Assembly: GCA_009602725.1 (NCBI GenBank)
Contig: WELB01000010.1
Span: 1,201,585-1,265,584, forward strand
Length of the DNA: 64,000 nt
Reading direction: 5' to 3'
Source of the DNA: Spirogloea muscicola
Taxonomy: Eukaryota
Part shown: positions 13,150 through 29,422 of the stretch, piece after piece
How positions within the stretch are numbered: the first letter of the stretch is position 1
Layout: each line of letters opens with the position of its first letter
Notes under the pieces: generated by a model
Databases searched by the model: none
What the model was told of the DNA's origin: nothing
Seen by the model: the letters and a program-made list of their open reading frames with translations, nothing else
Made by a program: the position numbers and the translations under genes

Positions 13150-14663
13150 CTACCGTGGGGAGGCAGCCTCGTGGGACTGCGCACTAGCATATTTTCCGAA
13201 GCGTTCCATATCCCTCTGAATGATGCTCTCCACCAGCGGCCGCAGGCTCTGCGGTAACCAGACATTGTAGCAAACAGAGCTTGCTTAGACCTGAGCTGCT
13301 AATGGGTAGCGCATTCTCTTGAGAACATTCGCTTGGCTGGTATGTTGGCTGGGTAAGTGTGGGCAGCGTAGCACTTACTGAGGCAAGTGGCGCGAGGAAG
13401 TCTGGTACCTCGTACGAGATTGTCAGCTGCAGGCGCTGCTGCCAAGGGTTAGGGATGTGGTGAGGCTGGCCCTGTACTTGTAGAAAGCCTCTTACTTTAT
13501 GTTACAAGAGGCAGTGGGGACGCTTGCGAACAGTGAGGAGAGCTTGGTGAGCGCCAGTATCAGCGCCAGGGCGTCATGCAGGCCGCGCAGGAACAGGCGG
13601 GGCTGGCGAGTAGTAGAACATTCTGCCGAGTCAGGGCCTCACCTCCACCTCGCACGCCGACGGCCCCCGAGGGTAGAAGCGCACGGCCCCCCTGCTCCCG
13701 CACATAGCGAGGCACCAAGTGAGGACCGCGGCCATCAATCGCACTTGCAGCAATGACGGAGACAGAAGAAGACGAGTGCATATGGAGCTGTGACAGAGAC
13801 AAGAGAAGACGAGTGCGCGTGGAGCCAAGGTTTGCAGCTCAGCAGCTGCTGCAGCGGTGGCTCGCCCGATGCCTTTGCAGCTGCAGCGCCTGACCTGTTT
13901 GGCAGGCCGTCCACAGACCGCCAGTGGATCTTCTGGTGATGGATTGGCTGCCGGCAAACCCAATTCGGGCGCCGCCAAGAAAGAGCAGCACAAGGAGCGC
14001 GCATCAGAGCGCTGCACGGCAGGTCACGGAGCAGGAGCCAGCAGCGGCAGCAGAGGCTGCGGCGGCGGCAGCACCTGCAGGTTGCGGGCGAGCCAGGAGA
14101 AGCGGAGCGGCTGGCCAAACGCCGCGTACTCGAGCGTCCAGCGGGACAGCTCCGGCTGGTCCGGCTGCACCTGGGCAAAGCGGAAGCAAGGCAGCCCACA
14201 GCGGGAGCCCGCGATGAGACAGCCGCCGCTGCTGCGGCAGGGTGGCCATGGCTGGCGGGCAACGCCGCACGCGATGCTGCGGACCTGCACGGACGAGATC
14301 CAGGGCATGAAGGCCGGCATGCGCTCGCGGTCGCTCCAGATGCTCCACGCGGCGGCCAGCGGCACATCCACCTGCACCCGCGCTCTGGCGGCGGCGGCGG
14401 CGGCGGCGGCGGGTCAGCCATGCACGGCGATGGCCGGCGACGGCTGCCGGCCTGGCTGACGGGCGCCCAGAGCCGCCGCCGCCGCCCATGGCCGGGCTTG
14501 CTCGCCTACTTGCTGTCGAGCCAGGTGGAGGCCGCCCAGCGGGAGCCGTTGGCCGCTGTGACCGCCCGCCAGGACGACGCCGTGCTGGTCTCTGGCGGCG
14601 ACGGGCCCACGCGCCGCCGCCCAAGCGGAGACGGAGCTGCTGCCGCGCCCCGCGGCGGCGCCG
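13150..14663 (-). CDS. Polyketide cyclase/dehydrase (SRPBCC/START-like) family protein; 5' end lost in N-gap
   Basis: Spliced WLDSKARVQVDVPLAAAWSIWSDRERMPAFMPWISSVQ...LSRWTLEYAAFGQPLRFSWLARNLQPIHHQKIHWRSVDGLPNRGAVRFYPRG...LTISYEVP...LRPLVESIIQRDMERF. The introns checked are all GT-AG. Confidence 0.88.
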
Positions 14664-15059
14664 NNNNNNNNNNNNNNNNNNNNNNNNNNNNNNNNNNNNN
14701 NNNNNNNNNNNNNNNNNNNNNNNNNNNNNNNNNNNNNNNNNNNNNNNNNNNNNNNNNNNNNNNNNNNNNNNNNNNNNNNNNNNNNNNNNNNNNNNNNNNN
14801 NNNNNNNNNNNNNNNNNNNNNNNNNNNNNNNNNNNNNNNNNNNNNNNNNNNNNNNNNNNNNNNNNNNNNNNNNNNNNNNNNNNNNNNNNNNNNNNNNNNN
14901 NNNNNNNNNNNNNNNNNNNNNNNNNNNNNNNNNNNNNNNNNNNNNNNNNNCCTTAAGGTGAGGTGTACAGTAACAGAAGCAAGCAGCTCACGTCCCCCAA
15001 GCGGCCGCTCTGCTTGCCGCGGCGGCGCCTCGGATGGGCAGCCGCCGCCGCCGCCGGCC

Positions 15060-16100
15060 ATGGCCATGACCGCAGGCGGCGGCGGCGACGGCGGCGAGGA
15101 GGAGGCCGAGGGCGCGGCTGCGGCGCCGCCGCCGCCACTGCTGCAGAGGGCCGCGCAGCACGCCCGCGACTACCCCTATGTCTGGGCTTCCTACGCCGCC
15201 GTCTTCGGTGCCGCCCCTTCTACTCGGCCCTAAGCCCTGAACCCTGAACCTAGACCTGGACCCTAAGCCCCTTCTCTGCCTGCCCCGCTTCCAGCTCTCT
15301 TACCCATCACACCCTCTGTGTCTCTGCCTCCTCGACTCGCTCGTCCCCTCTCGTTCGTCCACTCCTGGCTCCTCGCTGGCCCCTCCACTCCCACTGCCTC
15401 ACCGCTCCTCATCCCTCATCCTTGTCGCATGCCCCCCCACCCGACCCCCATTCTCTTCCGCCCCCGCCTCCCCCTCCGCAACGTCACCTCCCTCCAATCC
15501 ACTCCACTACACCTGCCTCTGTGCACTCGATCCGCCCCACTCCTCTTCTCTCCCTCATCCCCCCGCTCCGCCCTCTCTATTCCTCTCTTCGTCTTTCCCG
15601 TCATCGCCCGTTCCCTCTTCTCTCTTCTCCATATCCCCTTCACTCCTCCTTCCCTGCCTTCCCTTCTCTTCTGTTGCATGCAAGCTTGTTCACGCCATGC
15701 AGCCAACCCAGCCCGCCAGTTTCACCTTGCCTACCCCTTTTCTCCAGCTCCCTCTTACTGGCCTCCATTACACAACCACCGCTACACAACCAAGAGGCCT
15801 TTTCATCACATCGCATCCCTTTAGCTTGATGTGCCAGTGTCACAGCTGTGTTGTCTTGCTCATGTTACATGTTTGTCATGCTCCGCCATTGCAGGCGGCT
15901 TGGGCATCTATGCAGCATTCACCTTCCGCGGCCTGCGGCGCGCGGAGCTTGAGGTCCTTGCTGTGCAGCGAGAGGTGAAGCGCGTACTTGCTGCACGGGA
16001 GGCGCTGCGGGCCAAGCCGCAACCTCCTCTACCGAGCGATGGCGTCGGCTCAGCCGGCAGCAGTAGCAATCGTGGCAGCATCAGCGAGGCCCCGCATTAG
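15060..16100 (+). CDS. Small single-pass membrane protein of unknown function with a coiled-coil segment, 2 exons
   Basis: ARDYPYVWASYAAVFG|GLGIYAAFTFRGLRRAELEVLAVQREVKR. Intron 15208-15894 (GT-AG) joins in frame. Resembles a conserved small plant protein (YPYVWGSY motif, from recall). Confidence 0.7.
15230..15680 (+). repeat. Intronic low-complexity polypyrimidine (C/T-rich) tract
   Basis: About 450 bp dominated by C and T on the + strand, preceded by degenerate CCCTGAA/CCCTAAG motifs. Confidence 0.8.
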
Positions 16101-16643
16101 AGCGCACTGCTGCGTCCTGCCACTTAGGTGCCAGTCTGCTGCAGCCTGCAGGCCCCGCTTGTCGTCACACCAGTGTTGGCGGCCCTGCCGCTGCTGCCAT
16201 GGCCTCCTTGGCGGCAGTTGACCACCGCCCCTGTCGCCACATCCAAGCTGCTGGTGCCAGTGGGATTGCCATGACCCGCCAAGAAGGGGTCCTTGCTTGT
16301 AATAGTTCACTTCGACCCTCCATACTCCAGCTCTTTGAGCTAGCTGAGGGTATGGTTGTGCTGGAGGGTTGTCTTGCGCAGAAGCATGGCCTAAATCCTA
16401 ACCACTCCCTCGGCTTTACTGCTTGAATTCGCCAAAGGAGGTGGCGCCGCCGAAAGCAGAGCCGACAGGGCAACTGCACCTCGTAGCACACTACCTTTAA
16501 GACCTCGTGGCTTGCTAAGATCTTCACTTACTCGAGAAGAGGAGCAAGCTCAGAGCTCAAATATCATATAGCATAGGCCCGCCCATGATGTTGGCGGTGG
16601 CGGGAGGCGGCAGGAGGTGGCGGAGGCGGTGGTGGCGGCGATG

Positions 16644-18230
16644 TCATCCGAAGCACTGCTCGCCAGGCACAGGCGGGGGGATGTATCCGTATTGCGCCAG
16701 CTGGAGGCTGAAGACAACCACAGCTGCAAGATGCAGAAGTAAATTCCTCGTCAGACAAAGCAGAGAGGCAACAATGGCGCTGGCGTCTGCCTGTGGCCGT
16801 GCAGGGACAACGTGAAAGAAGAGGACAAGGAGGGAGGAGAAGAATCAGGTTGGGAGAGAAGTGTCAAGGCTGCCACGGCGCTCACCCGCTTCGCCCGTGG
16901 CTGCCCAGAGAGCGCCAAGGTAGAGAAGGGGAGGAGAGAGGAGGGAGGCTGAGGAAAGGCAAGAAAGGCAGAAAGGGGTGGAGGCGGACCAGCAAGGAGC
17001 GTGAGGTAGGAGAGCCCCTCAGCCGCGCCGAGGAGGCCGAAGGGACCCGCCGGTAGGCCGCCGCCGGACCGCAGCTTGGTGGCAACGGACCAGCCGGCCA
17101 GGCCCACAACAACGAGATAGCTCACGCCCTCAAGTGCACCGAGCGCACCGCCGGGGCCCGGCGGCAGACCGCAACCTGCAGCGCGGCCCACGTCAGGGAA
17201 CTTTGAGTGGGTATTGAGTGATGGAGGCCGAAGTGGCCAAGTACGAAGGAAAACACATTGAGATATGTACATCACGCCGATGCCAGGGGGGGGAAGATGG
17301 AGGGCGGAGGGGCGTTTAGCAGGTGTCACTTTTCACGGATTGACACCTTTCACGGATGTGAGCTACTGGGGTTTGATTTGGAATGTGGACTGAGTTATGG
17401 AGGGCCTGAATGGCTAAGTACAAAGGCTAGCACATTGACAGGTGTAGCTCACGCCGACGCCAGGGGGGAAAGGACGGAGGACGGAGGAAGGGCGTTTGGC
17501 AGGTGTCACTTTTCACAGATGTGAGCTACTGGGGTTTAGGGTTAGGAGTAGGGTTTAGGGTTTAGCTCAACCCTAACCCTAATCCTAAAACCTGGAGGTT
17601 GGGGTGAAGGCGGACCGGTGGTGCGCAGCGTGAAGAGTGACCAGGCGACGACGGGCACCGCGACGACGCCCCCGACGCCGGCGACGAGCTCCAGCGGCGA
17701 CCCCCCGGTGCCGCTGCCGGACGACTGCGGGACCGCGCCACCGAGCCGCTTCCTGCGACCACGGCCGCACAGGGCGTCAGGACGTAAGCGAGGTTAGGCG
17801 CCTGCGCGGCGGCGGCTGGACGTGCCGATCACCCGTGGACGGGGCAACGACTTGGGCGCAGCTCCTGCAGCGACAGACTGCAGCGGTCATCAACCCTAAA
17901 CACTAGCCTAAACCCTAAACCCTGTTGGCGTTTGCAATGCCGGGCGCGTCGACCGCGGACTGGCTCGCACTGACTGCCCATCGCCTGTCGCAGGGGCAGC
18001 CACTGCTTAGAAGGGGGTGAGAGACGCAGACAGGGGCGGGGCGGCGGCCACCTGCGACCGCCGGTCTGGCCCGCCGCCGGGGCCCACCGCAGCGGCTCGC
18101 CGAGGCCCGCCGCAGGCAGCCGCAGGCCAGCCGGGGCGCTCGCGAAGAAACGGCAGGGCGTCGCCGCGGGCGCGGCAGGAGGGCAGGCCGAAAGCGACAG
18201 CCAGGCGACGGCGGCGGCCATGGCGGCCAT
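16644..18230 (-). CDS. Small plastid-targeted membrane protein with an internal GLPxGPxGxLGAxEGxSYL repeat (AT3G50685-like)
   Basis: Transit-peptide-like MAAMAAAVAWLSLS..., then VVAWSLFTLRTTG|CGLPPGPGGALGALEGVSYL...GLPAGPFGLLGAAEGLSYL|VVVFSLQLAQYGYIPPPVPGEQCFG*. Confidence 0.82.
17196..17592. repeat. Intronic ~175-bp diverged tandem duplication followed by telomere-like TTAGGG/TTTAGGG and CCCTAA motifs
   Basis: Two copies share cacattga...cacgccga.gccagggggg...gggcgttt.gcaggtgtcacttttcac.gat...gtgagctactggggttt, then gtttagggttagg...gtttagggtttagctcaaccctaaccctaatcctaaaa. Confidence 0.85.
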
Positions 18231-18497
18231 GGCAGCTCGATGGCGGTGGCTCGGACACAGGGCGAGGTCTGTGCCGCTAAGTGCCAATCTACTCTGCTAA
18301 AGCGGCGGTTATCGCCGGGATCACCGCTAACCGGACGGCAGGGCCGCAAAACCGCCGCGTGGCGAACGGCCACGTGGTCCGCTGAGCTGGCCCGGGCCAA
18401 GTCAGCTCCAGTGCCCCTCTCCGGCGCCGGCGGCGGTGGCGGCAATTGCGGCGGCGTTGGCGGCGACGGCGGCGGCGGCGGCGGCGGCGCGGGCGGT

Positions 18498-21333
<2,836 letters not shown>

Positions 21334-22287
21334 TGCACGCACTGGGGCTGCTTCGGCTCTCGGCCCGCTTGCTCAGTCCTAGTCGCCGTTGCCTCGCTTC
21401 AGCAGCAAGGTAAGCATCAAGCATGGTGGAAAGATTGGACCCTGGGCAAAAGCTGACCTAGCTACGACACTTTCATACGAGCGTCAAAGTCCATCCTTGG
21501 CATTCTGGATCTAAGTTGTGGTGATGAGTTTCAACTTTCTTCAGGCTGCCTAGGTGGAGTAATGAGCCTTGTGTGTAAGGCACTTGCTGCCTCATATCCA
21601 AGACTTCATTTTGAGCCTCTCACTTCGTTGCACAGGTCTCCTATGCTGCTGCCTCGACCTGGGTGGACCTCACAGTTGCGTTGTGCAACTAAGGTCCACA
21701 AGGGAAAAACGGCAGAGCTCCTCTTGTGACTACAGAGTGCGGGTATTCCATAGAGACCAAGGCTAACCAAGCGCATCCATGAGGAGGCTACACAGCTCTG
21801 CAGGATACCTCCTGAAATTGGCTAGATGTCCTCTTTCATTTCAGCTTGGGGCGGCTGAGCAAACTTTCTTTGGTTCGAGTATGGCCTGGTCCCTATTTGG
21901 TGGAGCAGGTCAGCCAAAGTGGTTGTTGCAGAATGTGAGAGGAGCTCGCTTGAACGCCAATATCAAGACAATGTTGAAGTCGGATCCTGCACCTTCAGTA
22001 TAGCGCTGGGTTGGCGACTTTTCGTGGGAATCCCAATGAATCTTTCTCAGGAGTGCAATAAGCTGCGGCTGCATGTAACAGATCTTAACGTCCATCCGAG
22101 GCCACAAGCTGAGCAAACCTGTGCTGTACTGTACTGACCTCCTGACTTGCGCTAACCTGCACTAAAGTGCACTGACTTGCACTGACAACACTCTTGCATT
22201 CTGAGCAAGTAGCATAAGCTCAATCAGGAGGAGGGAGGAGTGGAAGAAGGCGCAGATTCTTTGCAAAAGGGGGGAGGTGGAAAATCT

Positions 22288-24096
22288 TTAGACATCGTAG
22301 TTCTCTGTGTACCACTTGTATGTCTCAGTGAGGCCATCGCGTAGCGCAACCTTCGCCTCCCAGCCCAATGCAGCAAGCTTGGACGAGTCCATGAGCTTGC
22401 GCGGCGTGCCATCGGGCTTGGTAGGGTCCCACACAAGCTCGCCCTGGAAGCCAACCACTTCTTTGACGAGCTCAGCCAGCTCCTTGATGGTTACCTCCTT
22501 GCCTGACCCCACGTTCAAGTGGCCGATGTCGCTGTAGTGCTCCATAATGTATATGCACGCATCTGCACGTCAGGCAGAATAAGCTATCAGAGCCATTAAA
22601 TGTGTACAGGAAAGAATGTGCTTTCTAGTTTGACAGACAAGGTCTCGTGTCTCTGCATGAATGGCTACGTCGTAAATAAGGAGTCTGTGTATCCAGGCAT
22701 GTATGCTTCTTTCATTCAGTGTGATATACAGCACCGTTTTGTATTTGATGACAACCACTATGTGCATAGATGGCCACAATGCACTACTAATCTGTTTGAA
22801 GAGTAGGTAGGATGAGAGGAAGTCAATGGCAATGCCAAGGGCAGGCAGCAGACCGGCGAGGTCGTCAACATGCAGGAACTCGCGGAGTGGCGAGCCCGTG
22901 CCCCAGCACACGACCTCCTTGGCGCCAGCCTTCTTGGCCTCGTGGAAGCGCCGCACAAGCGCTGGCAGCACGTGCGAGTTCTCAGGATGGAAGTTGTCGT
23001 GTGGGCCGTAGAGGTTGGTCGGCATGCCTGACACTGCGTCAAAGCCGTACTGCAGCCGGTAGGCCTGGCACATCTTAATGCCTGCACAGCAAGTAACATA
23101 CCCACTGTCACGTAAACTAGCACATTTAGAACTTTCCCAACAACAGGTGTAATTGCACGCTTGTTCACTGCAACTCCTACGAATCAGTGTCTGCCCTGTG
23201 TGAAATTACAGGCACAATTCGAAGTACGGGAACGAGAACAACTGGATGTGTCAAGCTGAGAAGTGCGTCTGCCCACCAGCAATCTTGGCGACGGCGTACC
23301 ACTCATTGGTCGGCTCAAGCGGGCCGCTGAGGAGAGAGTCCTCGGGAATGGGCTGCGGCGCAAACTTGGGGTAGATGCACGACGAGCCGAGGAAGAGGAG
23401 CTTCTTCACGCCGCTGCGGTACGCCGCATCGATGACGTTCGTCTGTGCTCGCAGAAGAGTAATGTGGGTCAGCAGGCCATTGGCAGCTTCAGCGCCGGCA
23501 GCTAATACTGCAAACTTTGCCAGTTTGTCAACCTGCCCCAAGCTTGATAGAGTTCTATATTGCATGAGAGCAATCAGGGGCTCCACGTAAGAACGGCACG
23601 GCCATCGCTGGAGGGGGATGTGTGCAACGAGCAGGAGGGGCCAGGCACAGAAATGCGAGCAGCGAGGCGGCGGGGACTCGAACCTGGATCTGCAGATTGA
23701 CGGCGATGAAGTCGGCGGGGTAGGTGCTGTTGGCGTGGATGCCGCCGACCTTGGCCGCCGCCAGGATGACGTACACCGGCCGCTGCTCCTCGAAGAAGCG
23801 CTCCACGTCCGCCTGCCGCGTCAGGTCCAGCTCTGCAGCGCCGCCAGGGCCGTCAGTCGAGGCGGCTTCTGCGGCGCGCCCGACGGACGACGCCATTGCC
23901 AAAGGCCACGACCGGCGGCGGACGGCTAGCGGCGGCGGCGGCGGAGGTGGCGGGAGGCGGCAGTGGCGGCAGCAGCGGCACCTTTGTGCGTGCGCGTCAC
24001 GATGTCGGTGTGCCCATTGGCCTGGAGGCGGCGGGCGATGGCGGCGCCGACGAGGCCGCGGTGGCCGGCGACGTATATTCGCGCGGCTCTGTCCAT
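22288..24096 (-). CDS. GER1: GDP-L-fucose synthase (GDP-4-keto-6-deoxymannose epimerase-reductase)
   Basis: [103 protein letters not shown]. Confidence 0.96.
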
Positions 24097-24762
24097 GGGG
24101 GCCTGCTGCGCAGCCACCGCCGCCAGGCGCGCCGTGTTCCTGCGAGCGCGCCCGGCGAGGCGGTGGCCGTCAGCCCCGGCGCAGTGCCGGGCAGTCCCGC
24201 CGCCGGGGCCTGCCCTTGNNNNNNNNNNNNNNNNNNNNNNNNNNNNNNNNNNNNNNNNNNNNNNNNNNNNNNNNNNNNNNNNNNNNNNNNNNNNNNNNNN
24301 NNNNNNNNNNNNNNNNNNNNNNNNNGATAGCAGTGCCTGCGGCGGCGGCGGCGCCGGATGGCGCGCCGCGGCGGGCGGCGGGGCTTGCGGCGCGAAATGC
24401 GGAGGCCACCCGGGCAGGCTGGGGGGGGGTGGGGGGGGGCGGTTATAGCTGGCCGACTCGAGATCGGGGAGGCGCCGTTCAGAGCTACATGGAGCAGGCG
24501 GGGAGGGAGGGAGGGGAGGGAGGGCGTGCGACGGGACGGACCGGAAACGGCGACGGCGCGAGCAAATCTGTCGCCATTGCGTCCACGTCAGAGTCCTCTG
24601 CGGGCCTCGAGTGAAACTGGAGCCGCTTTCGAGGGCGTTCGTGCCGTTCGCGACCGGCGAGCAGCCCAGTAACGACGGTCGCGTCGCATTTATGCTCGCC
24701 GGCGCCGCCCGCAGAGGAGGCGCACGAGTCCCGCTTTGGCGGGAAGTGGCGCCTCCAAACCC

Positions 24763-24794
<32 letters not shown>

Positions 24795-25115
24795 TGCCGC
24801 CTCCGCCGTAGCCGCCGCCGCCAGCGCCATCGCCGTCAATCTCCACTCTTCCATCTGCAGAGGAATTGCGGCGCCGCTTGCCCTCACCGCCGCTGCCCGC
24901 CCGCCCGGCGGAGAATCTGTCATCTACCATCACACCGATACAGCGGAGCTCCTTGCGAGTCAGAGATGAGGCGTCCGTGCAGCCTTGACCTCGTCGCGGC
25001 TCCATGCTCGCCGCGCCAGAGCAGGCAGCTGCCGTCGAGGGCGGCGTGATCGCGTGGAGCAAAGCCGGCCGTCGGCCCTCGCCGTCTGCCTGCCCGCCGT
25101 CCACGCGCGGCGGCC

Positions 25116-27794
25116 ATGGCGCCCGTGGCTGCCGCTGGCGGCACGCAGCCGTGGGTCGAGAAATAGTGAGCTCGCTGCCTTAATGGCGGCCCAGACTTCA
25201 GCTGCTGGTATCTGAGTATCAGCATTGTAGCGCTGACGGTGGTCATCGCCTGCGGCGATGCCTGATGTATCGGTCGCTCGAACAGCCGGCCGAAGCAGGT
25301 CTCGGAGGTCGCGTACCAGGAGGAAGTAGTACGCACGCTCGAGAACGCCCTCAAAACCGGCAACGTGAGACGCCGACGCTCGATTGTTGCCAAAAGGCTG
25401 TGCTGGCAGCATGGCTGTGGCTTGAGCTCTTACATGAACTTTTAGCTAATCCAACTATCAACATATCGGCTTCTTGAATCCTGCTGTGGACAGAGGGAAC
25501 CCTTGCTCGAAATACCCTCTCCCTAGATCTACCCTATGTGAGCTTATGCAACCACGTCTGGCCTGTTACAGACGCAAAAGCTGCGTCAAGCAAGGGTATT
25601 GGTAAGATTGTGTCCAGCTGACTGAAGCGCAACAAACCGGGCTGGCCCTGCAGCTGCCGCACCTGCTCTTCTACGGGCCTCCTGGAACAGGAAAGACGTC
25701 CACGGCCCTGGCCATAGCTCGGCAACTGTTCGGGTGCGTCCACGCATCCCCCTGGACTTGAGACAAGCTCACGAGCATCGAAGGTGCTTGGCAAAGACGA
25801 GTCTTACTACCAACTGGGGTGCATTGCAGGCCGGTCCTGTATAAGACTAGAGTGCTGGAGCTGAATGCTAGTGATGACCGAGGCATCAACGTGGTTCGGA
25901 CCAAAATCAAGGACTTCGCAGGAATAGCTGTTGGCCAGGGCGTAAGGTACTTCAGAACTTCCATGTCTGTTTCAAAGTAGCTTACTCAACGGCTTGGCAT
26001 GAGATGTTTAAAGGTAACAGCAGAGAATGCAGGTCCTGACTAAAACTGTAGCCATTGGTTCATTAATCAGAATATTAAGCTGCGGCTGGCTGCAAACTGC
26101 AGTCTGATTGCCCTGTTTGTTGGTGTTTCAGTGGCTACCCTTGTCCTCCCTTCAAGATTATAATTCTTGACGAGGCAGACTCAATGACAGAAGATGCTCA
26201 GGTGTGCACACAGTCTTATTGACCCTCCTAAGCTCAGTGCCAGTTTCAACAAAAAAACAAATAAAGAAATACAACGGTTCACAGGTTCACAGTTTCACAT
26301 CTAGTGAGACAGTACCTCTCTCATCGTGGCTGAGCAGGCACGTTGTTTACCAGTAAGGCAGTTGTGATGTGCCAGAATGCTTTGCGGAGGACGATGGAGA
26401 CGCATTCGAAGATCACGCGCTTCTGCTTCATTTGCAACTATGTCAGCCGGTACGCATCACTGAGTCCTTCATCAGGCTGCAAAATAGATTCCCGTGCACT
26501 GTCGGCAGATAACAATGCACACTGGATTTCCATTTTCTGCATAGGATCATTGAGCCTCTAGCCTCGAGGTGTGCCAAGTACCGCTTCAAGCCACTGATTG
26601 AGGATGTGATGTCCAAGCGCATCACGTACATCTGCCAGGAGGAGGGATTGGTGCTCGATCAAAACGTATGCATGCTGTCCTCAACCTCTTCATGCAAAGG
26701 GACATGATTAGATGCTGCCACAAAGCATGTGAGCATCCCGAACAGGCCAGCTCTAGGTGTTCTACGGTGATAGTGATCAGGTTTGACCACGGTTATGCTC
26801 TTATGCAAGTTCTCGGGTTGTGAGCTGCTTGTTTGTACCTCTGCGCAGACGCTCTCTACTCTTGGAAGAATCTCAGATGGGGATCTGCGCCGGGCCATCA
26901 CGACCCTTCAGGTCAGATCTGCAATACGTATACAGAGTGGCGCCAGAATGCCTACCCCTTGGCGTTGTTATTGGATTGACAGTAATGGCATGGTGTGTGG
27001 GCAGAGTGCTGCCAGGCTATACGGCTCCCACATTTCCAGTGAAAACATCATGAGTGTATCAATTGTAAGAGCTTGGCCTTATCCTGTCATCAACTTCCTC
27101 TTACTGTGACTGCGCAATGAGCAGGCACTATATTGCACTTAGCAAGTGTAGCGACTGTGTGAAGTTCGTGATTGCTTTTGCTTGTGGAAAGGCCGATATC
27201 CACGCTATTTCTTGTGGCAACAGGTTGTACCAGAGAGTGTCATCAGCGAGCTTCTTGACGTCTGCCGCGGCGGTGCGTTTGACAAGGCGCAAGCAAGCGT
27301 GACAGACATCGTGGCAGATGGCTACCCGGTCGCTCAGATCATCTCACAGGTTGGTGGTCTCTGCAGCTCATGGCGGACTTGAGCACCTGCTGGCCAAAGA
27401 GCCATATCTCACTCACAAATTGTGCAAGTCCACATCTCTCAGAGATGACATCCAATGTTGGACCTGCAGCTGCACGCCAAGGTCGTCCTAGCCGGAGATG
27501 TGACGGACGAGCAGAAGGCGCAGATCTGCGAGTGCATGGCAATAGCCGACAAGGTGTTGGCAGTTGGCACTTTGCTTCGGGTGTGCTTTTATTCATGCCC
27601 TTACTGCAATGGCTCGTTTGGTACATGTACAACAGCGTATACAAGAGCATCTTGGGCACAATAACCAGCCCAGCCGTTTGGCAATACTGCAGTGCTTGAT
27701 TGACGGCGGCGACGAGTACCTGCAGCTGCTAAATGTCGCAAGCACCACCATGCGGGCACTCGGCGGCATGCCTCAGAAGAGCGCCTACAAGTGA
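25116..27794 (+). CDS. RFC4: Replication factor C small subunit (RFC4 / yeast Rfc2 type)
   Basis: [27 protein letters not shown] (Walker A), [69 protein letters not shown]. Confidence 0.95.
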
Positions 27795-28468
27795 TCCTGC
27801 CACAGACTGCTGGGCAGGCTGCAACCTTGCAAGCACAGTGCTGACTGCGCACTTGAGCTCTGGGCACGAGACTGGTCATTGGTCAATAGTAAGCATGGCG
27901 TGACGATGCAGCTCAAAGCTGACCACAGTGAGCCGCTATGACCTAGCTGGTGCATGCTGCAGCAGTGGTTTTGCAGCCCTTCTTGTATAGCTTTTGCAGC
28001 CGTAAGCATCCGTGATGACTTATGATATGAGTAGGACACAGGGAAGATGGGAGTGTCAGAACTTCCTCTCTTGGTCGTACCGTGTAGAGCCGATAGAAGG
28101 TCGAGATCTAATGGCCAGCTGAACGCTGTATAGGTTTATACATTACGAGTGCCTCTTGGCAAGCACTACCTCAACTCGTGGTTGCTGGCCTCACTGAGCA
28201 CCCCCCCCGGTGAACAGGCCACGTGCCTACGAGATCAAAGCGACCGTCTGCCAGCATGTGTTGTGGGCAGAGGGCAAGCCTGTGTGGACAAGCTTAGGTG
28301 GCCTACTCGAGTGTTGAGAGCAGCCGTGAGCATGGCAGCTCTGCTGGGTGCGCAGCAGTGGCAGCACAGGCGGAAGCACCATGATCAACGGCCAAGATGG
28401 ATCCAATCAAGGTGGCATTGACATCCCTGGTAAATTATCTAACAGGAGGCCCGAAGATTGAAAAGAAA

Positions 28469-28598
28469 GAAGAAGTGGCACTCCCGATGGGGGCAAGGGC
28501 TGTTAAAAGCCAGCCCGAAAAAGAATTGACGAAGGGGCCTAGAAAGCGCTGAGCAGCTACAAAGGGGCCTGAAGATGCTATGTCAGAACAGGGGAGGA
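28469..28598 (+). repeat. Dispersed intergenic repeat (~130 bp), copy related to 54742-54880 (reverse) and ~9000-9090
   Basis: gaagaagtggc.ctccc.atgggggcaagggctgt...agccagcccgaaaagaattgac...gaaggggcc...agcagc.ac...ggggcctgaaga.gcta aligns by eye with the reverse complement of 54742-54880. Confidence 0.85.
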
Positions 28599-29422
28599 TG
28601 GACCACTCAACATAGTAGTCACGAGTGAGGAGCCTCAAATCCGACGGATTGAAAGGGCAGCCCGAAATCATGAAGGTACAGCGCCAGCTAAGGCTGGACC
28701 AGCCTGTGGTGCAAAGCATGAGCCTGAGCTCTTTCAGGCTCATGCTTTGCTTTGCTGACACACGATGGAGAGGCTGGAGCTAGGAACCTGCCCCTGGTCG
28801 CGAGAGAGAGAGGGAGAGACAGAGAGAGGGGGCTGAGGGGGGGGGGGGGGNNNNNNNNNNNNNNNNNNNNNNNNNNNNNNNNNNNNNNNNNNNNNNNNNN
28901 NNNNNNNNNNNNNNNNNNNNNNNNNNNNNNNNNNNNNNNNNNNNNNNNNNNNNNNNNNNNNNNNNNNNNNNNNNNNNNNNNNNNNNNNNNNNNNNNNNNN
29001 NNNNNNNNNNNNNNNNNNNNNNNNNNNNNNNNNNNNNNNNNNNNNNNNNNNNNNNNNNNNNNNNNNNNNNNNNNNNNNNNNNNNNNNNNNNNNNNNNNNN
29101 NNNNNNNNNNNNNNNNNNNNNNNNNNNNNNNNNNNNNNNNNNNNNNNNNNNNNNNNNNNNNNNNNNNNNNNNNNNNNNNNNNNNNNNNNNNNNNNNNNNN
29201 NNNNNNNNNNNNNNNNNNNNNNNNNNNNNNNNNNNNNNNNNNNNNNNNNNNNNNNNNNNNNNNNNNNNNNNNNNNNNNNNNNNNNNNNNNNNNNNNNNNN
29301 NNNNNNNNNNNNNNNNNNNNNNNNNNNNNNNNNNNNNNNNNNNNNNNNNNNNNNNNNNNNNNNNNNNNNNNNNNNNNNNNNNNNNNNNNNNNNNNNNNNN
29401 NNNNNNNNNNNNNNNNNNNNNN

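Noticed and set aside
24600..25110. Possible extra gene between GER1 and RFC4
   Set aside because: GC-rich ORFs with no recognisable domain or convincing splice structure; likely promoter or UTR sequence.
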